Below are positions 53,053-62,190 of a stretch of DNA of 64,000 nucleotides, piece after piece. The stretch's first letter is position 1, and each line of letters opens with the position of its first letter. Source of the stretch: Virgisporangium ochraceum (lineage in GTDB: Bacteria; Actinomycetota; Actinomycetes; Mycobacteriales; Micromonosporaceae); the NCBI RefSeq assembly GCF_016863655.1, contig NZ_BOPH01000083.1, forward strand, positions 29,901 to 93,900, in the 5' to 3' direction. The position numbers and the translations under genes were made by a program. The notes under the pieces are model-generated. The model made no database searches. It was not told where the DNA came from and saw only the letters and a program-made list of their open reading frames with translations.

Positions 53053-53808
53053 CTATCCGCGGGTCGCGCGGAACACCAGCAGCCGTCCCGCGCCCGCGCC
53101 GCCCTGCCAGTCACCGGCCCACGTGACGTCGGTGAACCCGGCCGCCTCCAGCTCCGCCCGGAACTCCTCCGCGGTGCGGAAGTACAGCGTGTTGGTGTAG
53201 ACGCGGTCGGTCCCGTCGGGGAACACGTTGTGGGCGTCGAACACCACCCGCCCGTCGCGGACCTCGGTGACCTCCATCCACTCGCGGAGTCGCCCGACCG
53301 GGGTGTCGCGCTCGGTGACCCCGGTCGTCCAGTGCTCCCACTCCCGGAAGGCGGGGTCGCGGGTCTCGAAGCCGAGGGTTCCACCCGGTCGCAGCGCCCC
53401 CGCGAGCGACCGGAGGGTGGCCGGAAGGTCGGCGGGTGCGATCTGCATGATGGCGTTGCCGGTGCAGATCGCGAGGTCGACCGTCGCGGTCGGTTCGAGC
53501 ACGGACGCGTCGCCGAGGATCCACGTCACCGCGTCGCTGCCCGGCTGGCGGCGGGCGTGGTCGAGCATCGTGCGGCTCGGGTCGATGCCGGTGACGGTGC
53601 GGCCCGGGCCCGTCAGCGAGCGGGTCAGCAGACCGGTGCCGCAGCCGAGGTCGACGATCGAGCGGGCGCCGGTCTCGTCGGCCAGCGCGCGGTAGTGGGC
53701 GTGGTCGGGGCCGGCCGGGTTGTCGAGGTCGTACAGCTCGACGAGGTCGGTGTCGCGGAAGGGATCGTCGGTCACCGACGGACCGTAACGACCGCGCGGG
53801 CCGCGCAC
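53053..53808 (-). CDS. class I SAM-dependent methyltransferase
   Basis: Motif I VDLGCGTGLL plus downstream motifs II and III. Confidence 0.75.
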   Translation of the reverse strand: MRGPRGRYGPSVTDDPFRDTDLVELYDLDNPAGPDHAHYRALADETGARSIVDLGCGTGLLTRSLTGPGRTVTGIDPSRTMLDHARRQPGSDAVTWILGDASVLEPTATVDLAICTGNAIMQIAPADLPATLRSLAGALRPGGTLGFETRDPAFREWEHWTTGVTERDTPVGRLREWMEVTEVRDGRVVFDAHNVFPDGTDRVYTNTLYFRTAEEFRAELEAAGFTDVTWAGDWQGGAGAGRLLVFRATRG

Positions 53809-53815
53809 GAGCCAA

Positions 53816-55738
53816 TTAGCCGAGCCACCGGTCGAACCAGGACCGCGTGCGGCGCAGCACGTCCAGCTGGTGCGTGCGTTCGCGGATCGGGTGTCCCTCC
53901 CGGGGATACACGACGTACTCGTGCGTCACCCCGAACCGCCGCAGCGCGCGGTGGAGGAACTCCGCCTGCGACAGGGGGACGTTCGTGTCGTTCTCGCCGT
54001 GCAGGATCAGCACCGGCGCCCGGATGCGGGAGGCGTACGAGATCGGGCTGAGCCGGTGGTGCGGGTGCGGACCCGGTCCGTCCCAGCCGTTGCCGCCACC
54101 GAGCGCGGCCTCGAACGGTCCCCATTCGCCGGTCGCGGCGAGCATCCCCCAGTCGCTGATTCCGGCGCCCACCACCGCGGCCCGGAACCGGTCGGTGCGC
54201 GCGACCGCCCACGCGGCCATGAAACCGCCGTGGCTCCACCCGCCGATGCCGAGCCGCCGCGGGTCGGCGACGCCCTCGTCGACGAGCAGGTCGACGCCCG
54301 CGCAGATGTCGCCGAACTCGTCGAGGCCGACGGCTCCGGCGACCCGCGCCGCGAACTCGTGGCCGTATCCGGTGCTGCCACGCGGGTTCGGCAGGAACAC
54401 GGCGTAGCCCACGGCCGCCAGCCACTGCGCCGACGGGTACCAGTCGAGCATGAGCCGGTCGGTGTAGCGGCCGTACGGTCCGCCGTGCACCAGGGTCACG
54501 AGGGGGAACGGCCCGTCGGCGCGGGTCAGCCCGGGCGGCAGCACGAGCAGCCCGTCGAGGTCGAGCCCGTCGGCTGCCTTGTACCGCAGGCGTTCCTGCG
54601 TTCCCCACCGCACGTCACGCAGTTCCGGCCGCAGATCGGTCCGTCGCGTGAGAGGTCCGCGCGTCGGTCCCGCGTAGACGTTCCAGGGTTCGGGTGACGC
54701 GCTGAGCACCGTCGCCACTCGTGCGCCGGGCCGGTCGGCTGTCAGGCTCCTCGCCTCGCCGCGGAGGCGGCAGACCTCGACGAGGCCCGCGTCGAGCCGG
54801 TGCACCGCGGTGTCGAGCCCGTCGGCGACCAGCACGAGCGGCTGTCCACTGTGGACCTGCACCAGCTCCGTCGGGCAGACCGTCGCGCCGGCGGTGAGGA
54901 CGCGGTGCTCCCCCGCCGGCGCGTCGACCGCGACGTCGAGGACGACGGTGCCGCCCACCGGGGCGGTCTGACCGAGGTACGCGAGATGCCAGCCGTCGTC
55001 GGCGTTCCACCAGGCCGGCGACGACGCGTCGAGCGCGGCCGGCCCGAGGTCGCGCACCGCGCCGGTGCGCGGGTCGAAGACGTGCAGCGCCGTGTTCAGC
55101 ATCCCCGGGTCGATCTCGGGGGTCGACCAGGTCAGCACCGCGAGCGGTCCCCCGTCGGGGTGCTCGACGACGTCCACGACGTGCCGGTCGCCGAAGCCGT
55201 CCGGCGTGCGCACCTCGCCCGTCCGCACATCGAGCAGCCGCAACCGGTCCGGGCGGACGTGCTCGCTCCACACCCGGGCGTCGTCACGCTCGTCCCGGCG
55301 CCGTCTGTCCTCAGTGGACGGCTCGTCGGCCGCGAGAAACGCGACGGAGCCGGCGAGCGGACGGTGGCCCGACACCCCGCCGTCCCACGCCGTGACCGCC
55401 GAGACCACGCCGCTGACCGGGTCGACCTGGTGCACCTGGGCGGTTCCCCGCTCCACCCGGTCGGAGAGGAAGTACACGACGGACGAATCGGCGTCCCACC
55501 GCGGCGCCGCGTCGTCCGAGTTGCCCGACGTCAACCGCCTCGGCGTCCCGTCGCTCCCGCTCCCGCCGTCGACCCCGCTGTCGACGGCCACCAGCCACAG
55601 GTCACCGACCGGGTGGTCGCCCACCCGGCCGCAGGCGGCGACGGAGTACACGGCCCACCGGCCGTCCGGCGACAGGGCCACCTCCCGCGGCACCGGACCG
55701 TCGACCACCGCCTCGGCGGCAAGCTGCGTTTCGGTCAC
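53816..55738 (-). CDS. S9-family serine peptidase (prolyl-oligopeptidase/acylaminoacyl-peptidase-like)
   Basis: N-terminal beta-propeller and a C-terminal catalytic domain with GGWSHGG (Ser), the D in ENDTNV and the H in REGHP. Confidence 0.85.
   Translation of the reverse strand: MTETQLAAEAVVDGPVPREVALSPDGRWAVYSVAACGRVGDHPVGDLWLVAVDSGVDGGSGSDGTPRRLTSGNSDDAAPRWDADSSVVYFLSDRVERGTAQVHQVDPVSGVVSAVTAWDGGVSGHRPLAGSVAFLAADEPSTEDRRRRDERDDARVWSEHVRPDRLRLLDVRTGEVRTPDGFGDRHVVDVVEHPDGGPLAVLTWSTPEIDPGMLNTALHVFDPRTGAVRDLGPAALDASSPAWWNADDGWHLAYLGQTAPVGGTVVLDVAVDAPAGEHRVLTAGATVCPTELVQVHSGQPLVLVADGLDTAVHRLDAGLVEVCRLRGEARSLTADRPGARVATVLSASPEPWNVYAGPTRGPLTRRTDLRPELRDVRWGTQERLRYKAADGLDLDGLLVLPPGLTRADGPFPLVTLVHGGPYGRYTDRLMLDWYPSAQWLAAVGYAVFLPNPRGSTGYGHEFAARVAGAVGLDEFGDICAGVDLLVDEGVADPRRLGIGGWSHGGFMAAWAVARTDRFRAAVVGAGISDWGMLAATGEWGPFEAALGGGNGWDGPGPHPHHRLSPISYASRIRAPVLILHGENDTNVPLSQAEFLHRALRRFGVTHEYVVYPREGHPIRERTHQLDVLRRTRSWFDRWLG
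54844..54856. repeat. 13-bp perfect palindrome GTCCACTGTGGAC (copy 2)
   Basis: Read directly from the sequence. Intragenic, within the S9 peptidase gene. Confidence 0.6.
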
Positions 55739-55757
55739 ACCGCACGATAGCGGACCC

Positions 55758-56135
55758 TCAGCTGATGCGGCGGCTGTCCACCACGCACGTCAGCACGGGG
55801 TCGGACCCGATCGGCACGAGCGGGAACCAGCAGATCGACACCTCGACGCGGTCGATCGACGTGAGCGCGCCGGTGAGGTCGAAGCTCCGCGCGACCACCG
55901 AGTTGTCGGCCTCGATCTCCATCGTGTCGACGACCGTCGTTCCCGAGTACGCGGTGTAGACGGCGTCGGTGTCGGGGAAGTTGTCGCAGCCGCCGGTCTC
56001 GTCGTCGGTCACCACGGCCGTGACCCGCACCGACCGCACGAGGCTCTCCGGTGCCCAGGTGAGCCGGCCCTCCGCGGAGCCTTCGCGGCAGGTGCCGGCA
56101 CCGGCGACCGAGATGGTCCCCGTCCGGCTCGGCAC
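55758..56135 (-). CDS. hypothetical protein; possible N-terminal extension
   Basis: 125-aa ORF from a GTG, with diverse composition. The frame stays open upstream to a TGA and there encodes a signal-peptide-like segment (RFPTLVGAATLLPAAPAAAVPTPVP), but it has no ATG, GTG or TTG start. Confidence 0.4.
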   Translation of the reverse strand: MPSRTGTISVAGAGTCREGSAEGRLTWAPESLVRSVRVTAVVTDDETGGCDNFPDTDAVYTAYSGTTVVDTMEIEADNSVVARSFDLTGALTSIDRVEVSICWFPLVPIGSDPVLTCVVDSRRIS

Positions 56136-56211
56136 CGGCGTCGGTACGGCCGCGGCCGGCGCGGCGGGGAGCAGCGTCGCGGCGCCAACCAGCGTCGGAA
56201 ACCGGACGCAC

Positions 56212-56715
56212 TCAGGTCGACGCCCTCAGCCGTGCCTTGAAGTCGTCGTAGGCCACCTCGACCGGGTGCAGGCCGTCCGTGCTCCCGCTCAGCTCGGACC
56301 GCGGGATGGGCGGCCGTGGCGGCCACCGCCCGGCCGCGCCGGGATCGCCGGCGAGCACGCGCCACGGCGGCGCCAGCCGGATCCCGCTGGTCGCCTCGCC
56401 GAGAAGCACCTCGACGAGCACGGCGTCGGCGGTCAGCCACTTGTGGGTCCCGGCGCCCTTCGACCCGTCGTGCCAGTGGTCCCAGCCGTACAGCGCGCCG
56501 GTCACGCGCAGCCGCTCCCGGTCGCGCCACGCCGCGGCGAACGCTCCCTTGTGGACGCCCACCAGCAGATCGACGTCGCTCACCCCATCGGCCCGGCCGG
56601 ACGCCAACGACCCGATGACGACGACCACCTCGACCCACGGCAACGCCGTCACCCGTTCCCGCAACAGGTCGAGGTACCGCTGCTGCCGCTCGGGCCGACC
56701 CAGTGCCGCCACCAC
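56212..56715 (-). CDS. minimal nucleotidyltransferase-domain protein (MNT/ANT-like)
   Basis: Nucleotidyltransferase-fold motif (VVVIGSLASGRADGVSDVDLLV). Confidence 0.7.
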   Translation of the reverse strand: MVAALGRPERQQRYLDLLRERVTALPWVEVVVVIGSLASGRADGVSDVDLLVGVHKGAFAAAWRDRERLRVTGALYGWDHWHDGSKGAGTHKWLTADAVLVEVLLGEATSGIRLAPPWRVLAGDPGAAGRWPPRPPIPRSELSGSTDGLHPVEVAYDDFKARLRAST

Positions 56716-56719
56716 GCTC

Positions 56720-57199
56720 CTATCTCAGTGCGGTTCGTTCGTCGACCAGCCGGGTGGGTGTGCCGGCGAACAGGTCGGGCCCGGCCGGCCCGTAGGCGAG
56801 GTTGAGGGTGTCGAGGCGGTAGGACCACGCGCCGCCGAGGGCGACCGGCATCGAGAAACGGTAGTTGATGTGCCAGCGGACCCACTCGCCGGCGCGCAGC
56901 CACACCGCCGGCGGGCGGCGACGGCGGTCCGGCATGCCGAAGGTGGCGGGCGTCAGCCGGACCCGCAGCCGGCCGTCGACCTCGGCCAGTGTGACCCGCC
57001 CGCGGTCCGGAAGCGCCGACGCGCAGGTCTCCCGCGGCGCGAAGCCGGTGGCCTCGTCGAGCAGCACCTCGTGCCACAGCGGCAATGGTCCGCGCGGCAC
57101 GGGGAACCCCACCGGCACGGCGTTGCGACGGGCCGCCGCGGCGCCGCCCCGCGAGGCCTTCGTCCACGACGTGCGGACCCACTGCGCGATCACGTCCAT
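56720..57199 (-). CDS. hypothetical protein (partner of the nucleotidyltransferase)
   Basis: C-terminal 159 aa of ORF 56720..57979, from the ATG at MDVIAQWVRTSW. It lies 4 bp upstream of the NTase gene. Confidence 0.45.
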   Translation of the reverse strand: MDVIAQWVRTSWTKASRGGAAAARRNAVPVGFPVPRGPLPLWHEVLLDEATGFAPRETCASALPDRGRVTLAEVDGRLRVRLTPATFGMPDRRRRPPAVWLRAGEWVRWHINYRFSMPVALGGAWSYRLDTLNLAYGPAGPDLFAGTPTRLVDERTALR

Positions 57200-57225
57200 C
57201 CCGCCATCATCGGCCCGGCGCGGCG

Positions 57226-58245
57226 TCACGGCTCGACGATCACCTTCAGCCCGGGACGGGTGACCGCCGCCTCGAACGCCTCCCGTACCGCGGTGAGCGG
57301 GAACCGGTGCGTCACCAGTCCGCGCACGTCGACCAGGCCCGCCAGCACCAGCGCCGTCGCCCGCGGGTAGACCTCCTTCATCCGGCGGACCATCACGATC
57401 GTCAGCCCCTTGCGCCGCGCGACGCTCGCCGGGAACGCCGACGTCTCGGTGCCGGGGATCCCGGCCAGCACGACGCGTCCGCCCGGGCGGACGGCGTCCA
57501 TCGCGGCGGCGATCGCCGGGTCGGTGCCGGCGATCTCGAACGCGACGTCGACGCCGAGGCCGGCGGTGAACGCCGCGAGCCCCGACACGTACGCGCCGTC
57601 GGCCGGGTCGAGCACCTCGTCGGCGCCGCGCTCCGTGGCGGCGAGGCGGCGGTGCTCCAGGGGGTCGGCGGCCACGATCCGGGCGGCGCCGGCGGCCCGG
57701 GCGACCTGGATCAGCAGCAGCCCGATGGGCCCGCATCCGATGACCGCGACCGACCCGCCCAGCGGGATGTGCCCGAGGTCCACGGCGTGCACGGCGACGC
57801 CGAGCGGCTCCAGCATCGCCCCGTCGGCGTCGGTGAGCGCGTCGGGCAGCGGGTGCAGCCGCGCGGTCGGCCAGGCCAGGTAGCGCTGGAGCCCGCCGTC
57901 GCGGGTGGAGTGGCCGGAGAAGACCAGCGCGCGGCACAGGTTCGGGTGCCCCCGCAGGCACAGGTCGCACGCGAGGCACGGCACCGCCGGGTCCACCGCG
58001 ACCCGGACGCCGTCGAGGCTTCCACCCTCGACGACGCCGGCCAGTTCGTGACCGCCGACGAGCGGGTGCGTGATGCGGGCGTCGCCGATGCCCCCGTCCT
58101 CGTACCAGTGCAGGTCCGACCCGCAGAGCCCGACGGCGGTGACGCGGACGAGGCTCTCGCCGTCGACCGGCACCGGTGCCGGCTCCTCCGCGAGGCGCAG
58201 GTCACGGGCGGCGTGGAACCGCGCGGCGAGGTTGAGGGTCGTCAT
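57226..58245 (-). CDS. zinc-dependent alcohol dehydrogenase (MDR family; threonine/sorbitol-dehydrogenase-like)
   Basis: Catalytic-zinc motif (GLCGSDLHWY...GHELAG), structural-zinc Cys cluster (CLACDLCLRGHPNLC) and GxGxxG (VIGCGPIG). Confidence 0.85.
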   Translation of the reverse strand: MTTLNLAARFHAARDLRLAEEPAPVPVDGESLVRVTAVGLCGSDLHWYEDGGIGDARITHPLVGGHELAGVVEGGSLDGVRVAVDPAVPCLACDLCLRGHPNLCRALVFSGHSTRDGGLQRYLAWPTARLHPLPDALTDADGAMLEPLGVAVHAVDLGHIPLGGSVAVIGCGPIGLLLIQVARAAGAARIVAADPLEHRRLAATERGADEVLDPADGAYVSGLAAFTAGLGVDVAFEIAGTDPAIAAAMDAVRPGGRVVLAGIPGTETSAFPASVARRKGLTIVMVRRMKEVYPRATALVLAGLVDVRGLVTHRFPLTAVREAFEAAVTRPGLKVIVEP

Positions 58246-58813
58246 CGGGCCAGGTTACCGAGTCGAACGTCGGCGCTCCGGGCTCGCCGGGGAGCCGGGC
58301 GGCCCGCACCACGTAGGAGATCGCGTGGTACCAGCCGCAGATGAGCATGAGGTCGACGACGCCGTCGGGTCCGACCGCCGCGGTCAGCGCGTCCCACTCG
58401 TCGTCGGTGAGGTCGTGCCGGGTGTGCAGGGCGTCGACGGCGGCGAGCACCGCCCGGTCGGCCGGGTCGGTCCAGCAGGCGTCGGTGGCGGCTCCGCCGG
58501 TCACGGAGCGGAGCTGCGCGTCGGTGAGGCCGGCCTTCGCCGCCAGGAGCGCGATGTGGACGCCCCACTCGTACTCGGCGCCGCAGAGTGCCGTCGTGCG
58601 GTCGATGACCAGTTCCCGGTGCCGCAGCGACAGCGCGCACCGGCGGGAGAGGTAGTAGCTGCCCCAGCCCTGGATGGCGCGGGCCCGGTCGGGGCGGCGG
58701 GCGAGCGCGCGGAACAGGGCGAGCGGTGGGCCCAGTGCCTCCAGGGCCGCGGCGGTGTCGTCGTCGTACGGCGGTTCGGTGTCCACCCGCGGCTGGTTCG
58801 ATTTCCGAAGCAT
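58202..58813 (-). CDS. carboxymuconolactone-decarboxylase-family (AhpD-like) protein
   Basis: CMD-domain Cys/His motif (ALCGAEYEWGVHIALL...MLICGWYHA). Divergent from the HxlR regulator. Confidence 0.75.
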   Translation of the reverse strand: MLRKSNQPRVDTEPPYDDDTAAALEALGPPLALFRALARRPDRARAIQGWGSYYLSRRCALSLRHRELVIDRTTALCGAEYEWGVHIALLAAKAGLTDAQLRSVTGGAATDACWTDPADRAVLAAVDALHTRHDLTDDEWDALTAAVGPDGVVDLMLICGWYHAISYVVRAARLPGEPGAPTFDSVTWPDDDPQPRRAVPRRP

Positions 58814-58851
58814 GGCGGCACGCTATCATCAGTGCTTCGGAAACAAAAGCA

Positions 58852-59199
58852 ATGGGACGGAGTGAGCACGTGTCGACTCCCCTGCCGGGCCGCCCGGTAC
58901 GCGGGTCCCGCTCCGGGCGGCCCGTGATGGCGATCCTCGACCTGCTGGGCCGCCGCTGGACGCTGCGTGTCCTGTGGGAACTGCGCGCCGACCCGGTTCC
59001 GACGTTCCGGACCCTGCAGCACCGGTGCGACGGCGTCTCGTCGAGCGTGCTGGCCGAGCGCCTGTCCGAGCTACGCGAAGCCGCCCTCGTGGAACGCACC
59101 GAGGACGGCTACCGCCTCACCGACCAGGGCCGGACCCTGCTCGACACGCTCGCGCCGCTGGAGACCTGGGCGCGGACCTGGCACCCGACCCCTCCGTGA
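58852..59199 (+). CDS. HxlR-family winged-helix transcriptional regulator
   Basis: Motif ILDLLGRRWTLRVLWEL...FRTLQHRCDGVSSSVLAERLSELREAALVER. Start at the ATG at 58852, or possibly the GTG at 58870. Confidence 0.8.
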   Translation: MGRSEHVSTPLPGRPVRGSRSGRPVMAILDLLGRRWTLRVLWELRADPVPTFRTLQHRCDGVSSSVLAERLSELREAALVERTEDGYRLTDQGRTLLDTLAPLETWARTWHPTPP

Positions 59200-59277
59200 C
59201 CCGGCCCACTTCCAGCCCAGCCGCCCCCTTACCCGGTCCCCAGACGCGCCGCGCCGCCGCCCCTCACGTGGCGATCG

Positions 59278-59334
59278 ACGACGCTCGATCCAGTGCAGGA
59301 AGCGCGCCGAAAACCACACTGGATCGAGCGTCGT
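59278..59334. terminator. 18-bp perfect inverted repeat (ACGACGCTCGATCCAGTG ... CACTGGATCGAGCGTCGT) with a 21-nt loop, followed by TTTATGT
   Basis: Sits in the 175-bp convergent gap between the HxlR and AraC genes. The following T-rich tract is rare for this genome. Confidence 0.4.
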
Positions 59335-59374
59335 TTATGTAAGCCCGCGGCGCGCGTCAGCCGGCGGCGCCGCG

Positions 59375-60313
59375 TCAGCCGGCGGCGAGTGCCCGGCGGC
59401 GCCATTCGCCCGGGGCGCAGCCGACCTCGCGGCGGAACGCCGCCGCGAACGCCACGTCCGAGGAGTAGCCGACCCGGGCCGCCACCGACGCGACCGTGGC
59501 GCGCTCCGCGCGGAGCAGCGTGCGCGCCCGTTGCATCCGTGCCGCCTGCAGGTACCGGATGACCGGCTCGCCGACCCGCTCGGTGAAGCGGGCCGCGAAC
59601 GCCGCCCGCGACAGGCCGGCCGTGCGCGCCAGCCCGGCGACCGTCCACTGTCGACCGAGGTCGGCGTGCAGGGCACCCAGCGCGGCCGACACATACGGGT
59701 CGCGCAGGCCGGCGAGCCAGCCGGGACGGTCGACGGTCATGGCGTGGTACCGCAGCGCCCGCACGAGCAACGCGTCGGACAGCCGCGCCATCACCAGGTC
59801 GCTGCCCGGCCCGCCCTCGAACGCCTCGGCGCTCAGCGCGTCGATGTACGGACCGAGGCCGCTGCCGCCGGGCACGTGCAGCACGTCGGGCAGTCCGCGC
59901 AGGGCCGGATGCCCGCTCTCGCCTACCAGGAACGCGCCGCACACCACCACGGTGTCCACTGTGGACCCGCCGATGCGCAGCCGCGTGCCGGGCGTCCGCG
60001 CCGCCACCTCGATGCCCGACACCACCGGCCCGGTGCGCGGCGTGGAGCACAGCTCGTGCGCGTCGCCGCCCGGCAGGATCACGAGGTCGCCGGTGTCGAG
60101 CGCGGTCACGGTCCCATTGGCCTGGACCAACGTGCAGCGCCCCCGCGCGACGATGTGGACCCCGCGCACGCCCGCCTGGTCGAACCCGACGCGGAACGGG
60201 GTGCCGAGCTCGAGCCACCGGTACGCGGCGGTCTCGAGGCGGAGTTCCCGCAGCAGCGTGCTGAGGACGTCGACCGGCGGCTGGACGGACGCTGTGGTTT
60301 CCCGGACGGTCAC
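59375..60313 (-). CDS. AraC-family transcriptional regulator (cupin sensor + AraC HTH)
   Basis: C-terminal 312 aa of ORF 59375..60796 with a GTG start. Cupin domain (GDLVILPGGDAHEL) and AraC HTH (LARTAGLSRAAFAARFTERVGEPVIRYL). Confidence 0.8.
   Translation of the reverse strand: MTVRETTASVQPPVDVLSTLLRELRLETAAYRWLELGTPFRVGFDQAGVRGVHIVARGRCTLVQANGTVTALDTGDLVILPGGDAHELCSTPRTGPVVSGIEVAARTPGTRLRIGGSTVDTVVVCGAFLVGESGHPALRGLPDVLHVPGGSGLGPYIDALSAEAFEGGPGSDLVMARLSDALLVRALRYHAMTVDRPGWLAGLRDPYVSAALGALHADLGRQWTVAGLARTAGLSRAAFAARFTERVGEPVIRYLQAARMQRARTLLRAERATVASVAARVGYSSDVAFAAAFRREVGCAPGEWRRRALAAG
59947..59959. repeat. 13-bp perfect palindrome GTCCACTGTGGAC (copy 3)
   Basis: Read directly from the sequence. 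Intragenic, within the AraC regulator gene. Confidence 0.6.
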
Positions 60314-60352
60314 GCATGGATTGTCCGACCAGCCGGTCCTACCGTCGATCGC

Positions 60353-60844
60353 ATGAGCGACATTCTCGGCTTTCTCCAGGTCAAGCTGCCCGTCACCGAT
60401 CTCGCCCGCAGCGTCGACTTCTACTCCCGGCTCCTCGACCTGCGCCTGTGGGTGGAGATAGTCGAGCGCGACGTGGTGCGCGGCGCCGGTCTCATCGACC
60501 GCGACGGCCGGTTCAACATCGCGCTGCGCGACCGCGAGGTGTGCGCGTCGACGCCCGACCTCACCGGTTTCGACGTGGCCGCGTTCCGGCCCGCCGACCG
60601 CGACGCCCTGGTACGGCTGGCCGAACGGTGCGACCGCGAGGGCTTCCCGCACAGCGGCGTCACAGACGGACCCACCGGCGCGGTGCTCGACGTCACCGAC
60701 CCCGACGGCACGGTGCTGCGCTTCTACCACTTCACCCTGCCGACCGAGGGATTCACCGGCGTCGTCTTCGGCGACGGTGGCGTCGAGACCGGTCACTACG
60801 CGTCTCCGCGCCTGGCCGCCAACGTCTCGGCGTACGGTTCGTAG
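60353..60844 (+). CDS. VOC/glyoxalase-family protein
   Basis: ATG at 60353 (MSDILGFLQVKLPVTDLARSVDFY). Divergent from the AraC regulator. Confidence 0.75.
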   Translation: MSDILGFLQVKLPVTDLARSVDFYSRLLDLRLWVEIVERDVVRGAGLIDRDGRFNIALRDREVCASTPDLTGFDVAAFRPADRDALVRLAERCDREGFPHSGVTDGPTGAVLDVTDPDGTVLRFYHFTLPTEGFTGVVFGDGGVETGHYASPRLAANVSAYGS

Positions 60845-60874
60845 AAAGGAACGACCCGAGCCGAAGGAGCACCC

Positions 60875-61282
60875 ATGCCCGTCGAGCTGATCAATCCGGA
60901 CGGCCTTCCCGCACCCGAGAACTTCGCCCAGATCGGCCTTGCCACCGGCAGCCGCACGGCCTACATCTCCGGGCAGGTCGCCCGCGACGCGGCCGGGAAC
61001 CCGGTCGGCGCCGGCGATCTGGCGGCCCAGGTCGAGCAGGCGTTGACGAACATCAACATCGCGGTGGAGGCGGTCGGCGGCACGTTCGCCGACGTGGCGA
61101 AGCTGACCGCGTTCGTCGTCGACTGGACGCCCGACAAGCTCGACCTGGTGATCGCCGGCGCGGTGCGGGCGGCGGAGAAGCTGGGCATCGACCCGGTGAA
61201 GCCGGTGACGCTCGTCGGGGTCGCCGCGCTCACCGAGCCGGACATGCTCGTCGAGATCGAGGCCGTCGCCGTCCTCGTGTGA
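60875..61282 (+). CDS. RidA/YjgF-family reactive-intermediate deaminase
   Basis: Motifs AYISGQVARD and VKPVTLVGVAAL. Strong RBS GAAGGAG. Confidence 0.85.
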   Translation: MPVELINPDGLPAPENFAQIGLATGSRTAYISGQVARDAAGNPVGAGDLAAQVEQALTNINIAVEAVGGTFADVAKLTAFVVDWTPDKLDLVIAGAVRAAEKLGIDPVKPVTLVGVAALTEPDMLVEIEAVAVLV

Positions 61283-61418
61283 TCGATATTCGCTTGACCG
61301 GGACCGCGGGCGCTGGTTCGCTGGCGCCCGTCCGGCCCCGGTGTGGGGCCCGTTCGAGGAAGGAGGCGAGATCGATGTTCGCCCGGTGTGTCACCTGTTC
61401 CTCGAAAGGCTTCCAGGC

Positions 61419-61784
61419 ATGTCCTTCGCCCGCTCCTTCCGCTGCGGCCACTGCGGTGTAGACGTCTCACTCGACGCGCCGGGTACGTCGCACCGCAACC
61501 ACTGTCCACACTGTCTCTGGTCCCGCCATCTCGACCGCAACGTCCCCGGCGACCGCAGGGCCGGCTGCTCCGGCGCCATGGAACCGATCGCGGTCACCGT
61601 ACGCGGCGAGCGTCGATGGGTGCTGATCCATCGATGCACCGGCTGCGGACGCCTGCGGCTCAACCGCACCGCCGGCGACGACAACGTGCTCCTGCTGATG
61701 CAGCTGGCCGCGATGCCGCTGGCGATGCCGCCGGTCCCGTACGCCATGGCTGTCCCGGTCGTCGGGGAGGTCACGCACTCCTGA
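61419..61784 (+). CDS. RNHCP-domain zinc-ribbon protein
   Basis: Literal RNHCPHC motif (FRCGHCGVDVSLDAPGTSHRNHCPHCLWSRHLD...CTGCG). ATG at MSFARSF within ORF 61341..61784. Confidence 0.7.
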   Translation: MSFARSFRCGHCGVDVSLDAPGTSHRNHCPHCLWSRHLDRNVPGDRRAGCSGAMEPIAVTVRGERRWVLIHRCTGCGRLRLNRTAGDDNVLLLMQLAAMPLAMPPVPYAMAVPVVGEVTHS

Positions 61785-62181
61785 AGTCCGCCTCGGTCAT
61801 GCCGGCCGGGTGGCCGGGCGGCCACTGCACGAGCTCGATCCGGTACCCGTCGGGGTCGGTGAGCCATGACGTGCGCATGCCCGGCCCCAGGTCGGCCGGC
61901 GGCTCGGCCGTGACATCGTTGGCCGCGAACCCGGCGATCGCCGCGTCCAGGTCGTCGACCTGGATGACCAGGTGGTTGACGGCGCCGATGTCGGTGACCG
62001 GCCGGGCCGCGTCGTGCACGAGTTCGAGGCTGGCGAACGGGTCGTCGGGCAGCTTCAGCATGGTGAGGCTGCCGAACCCGGTCTCGGGCACGGTGCCGAG
62101 CACGGTGTAGCCGACCGCGGTGTAGAAGGCGAGCGACCGGTCCAGGTCGGTGACCCGCAGGCCCAGGTGCAGCGTGCGCAT
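61771..62181 (-). CDS. VOC/glyoxalase-family protein
   Basis: Motifs HLGLRVTDLDRSLAFY and DPDGYRIELVQ. Confidence 0.8.
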   Translation of the reverse strand: MRTLHLGLRVTDLDRSLAFYTAVGYTVLGTVPETGFGSLTMLKLPDDPFASLELVHDAARPVTDIGAVNHLVIQVDDLDAAIAGFAANDVTAEPPADLGPGMRTSWLTDPDGYRIELVQWPPGHPAGMTEADFRSA

Positions 62182-62190
62182 GGCAGGAGC

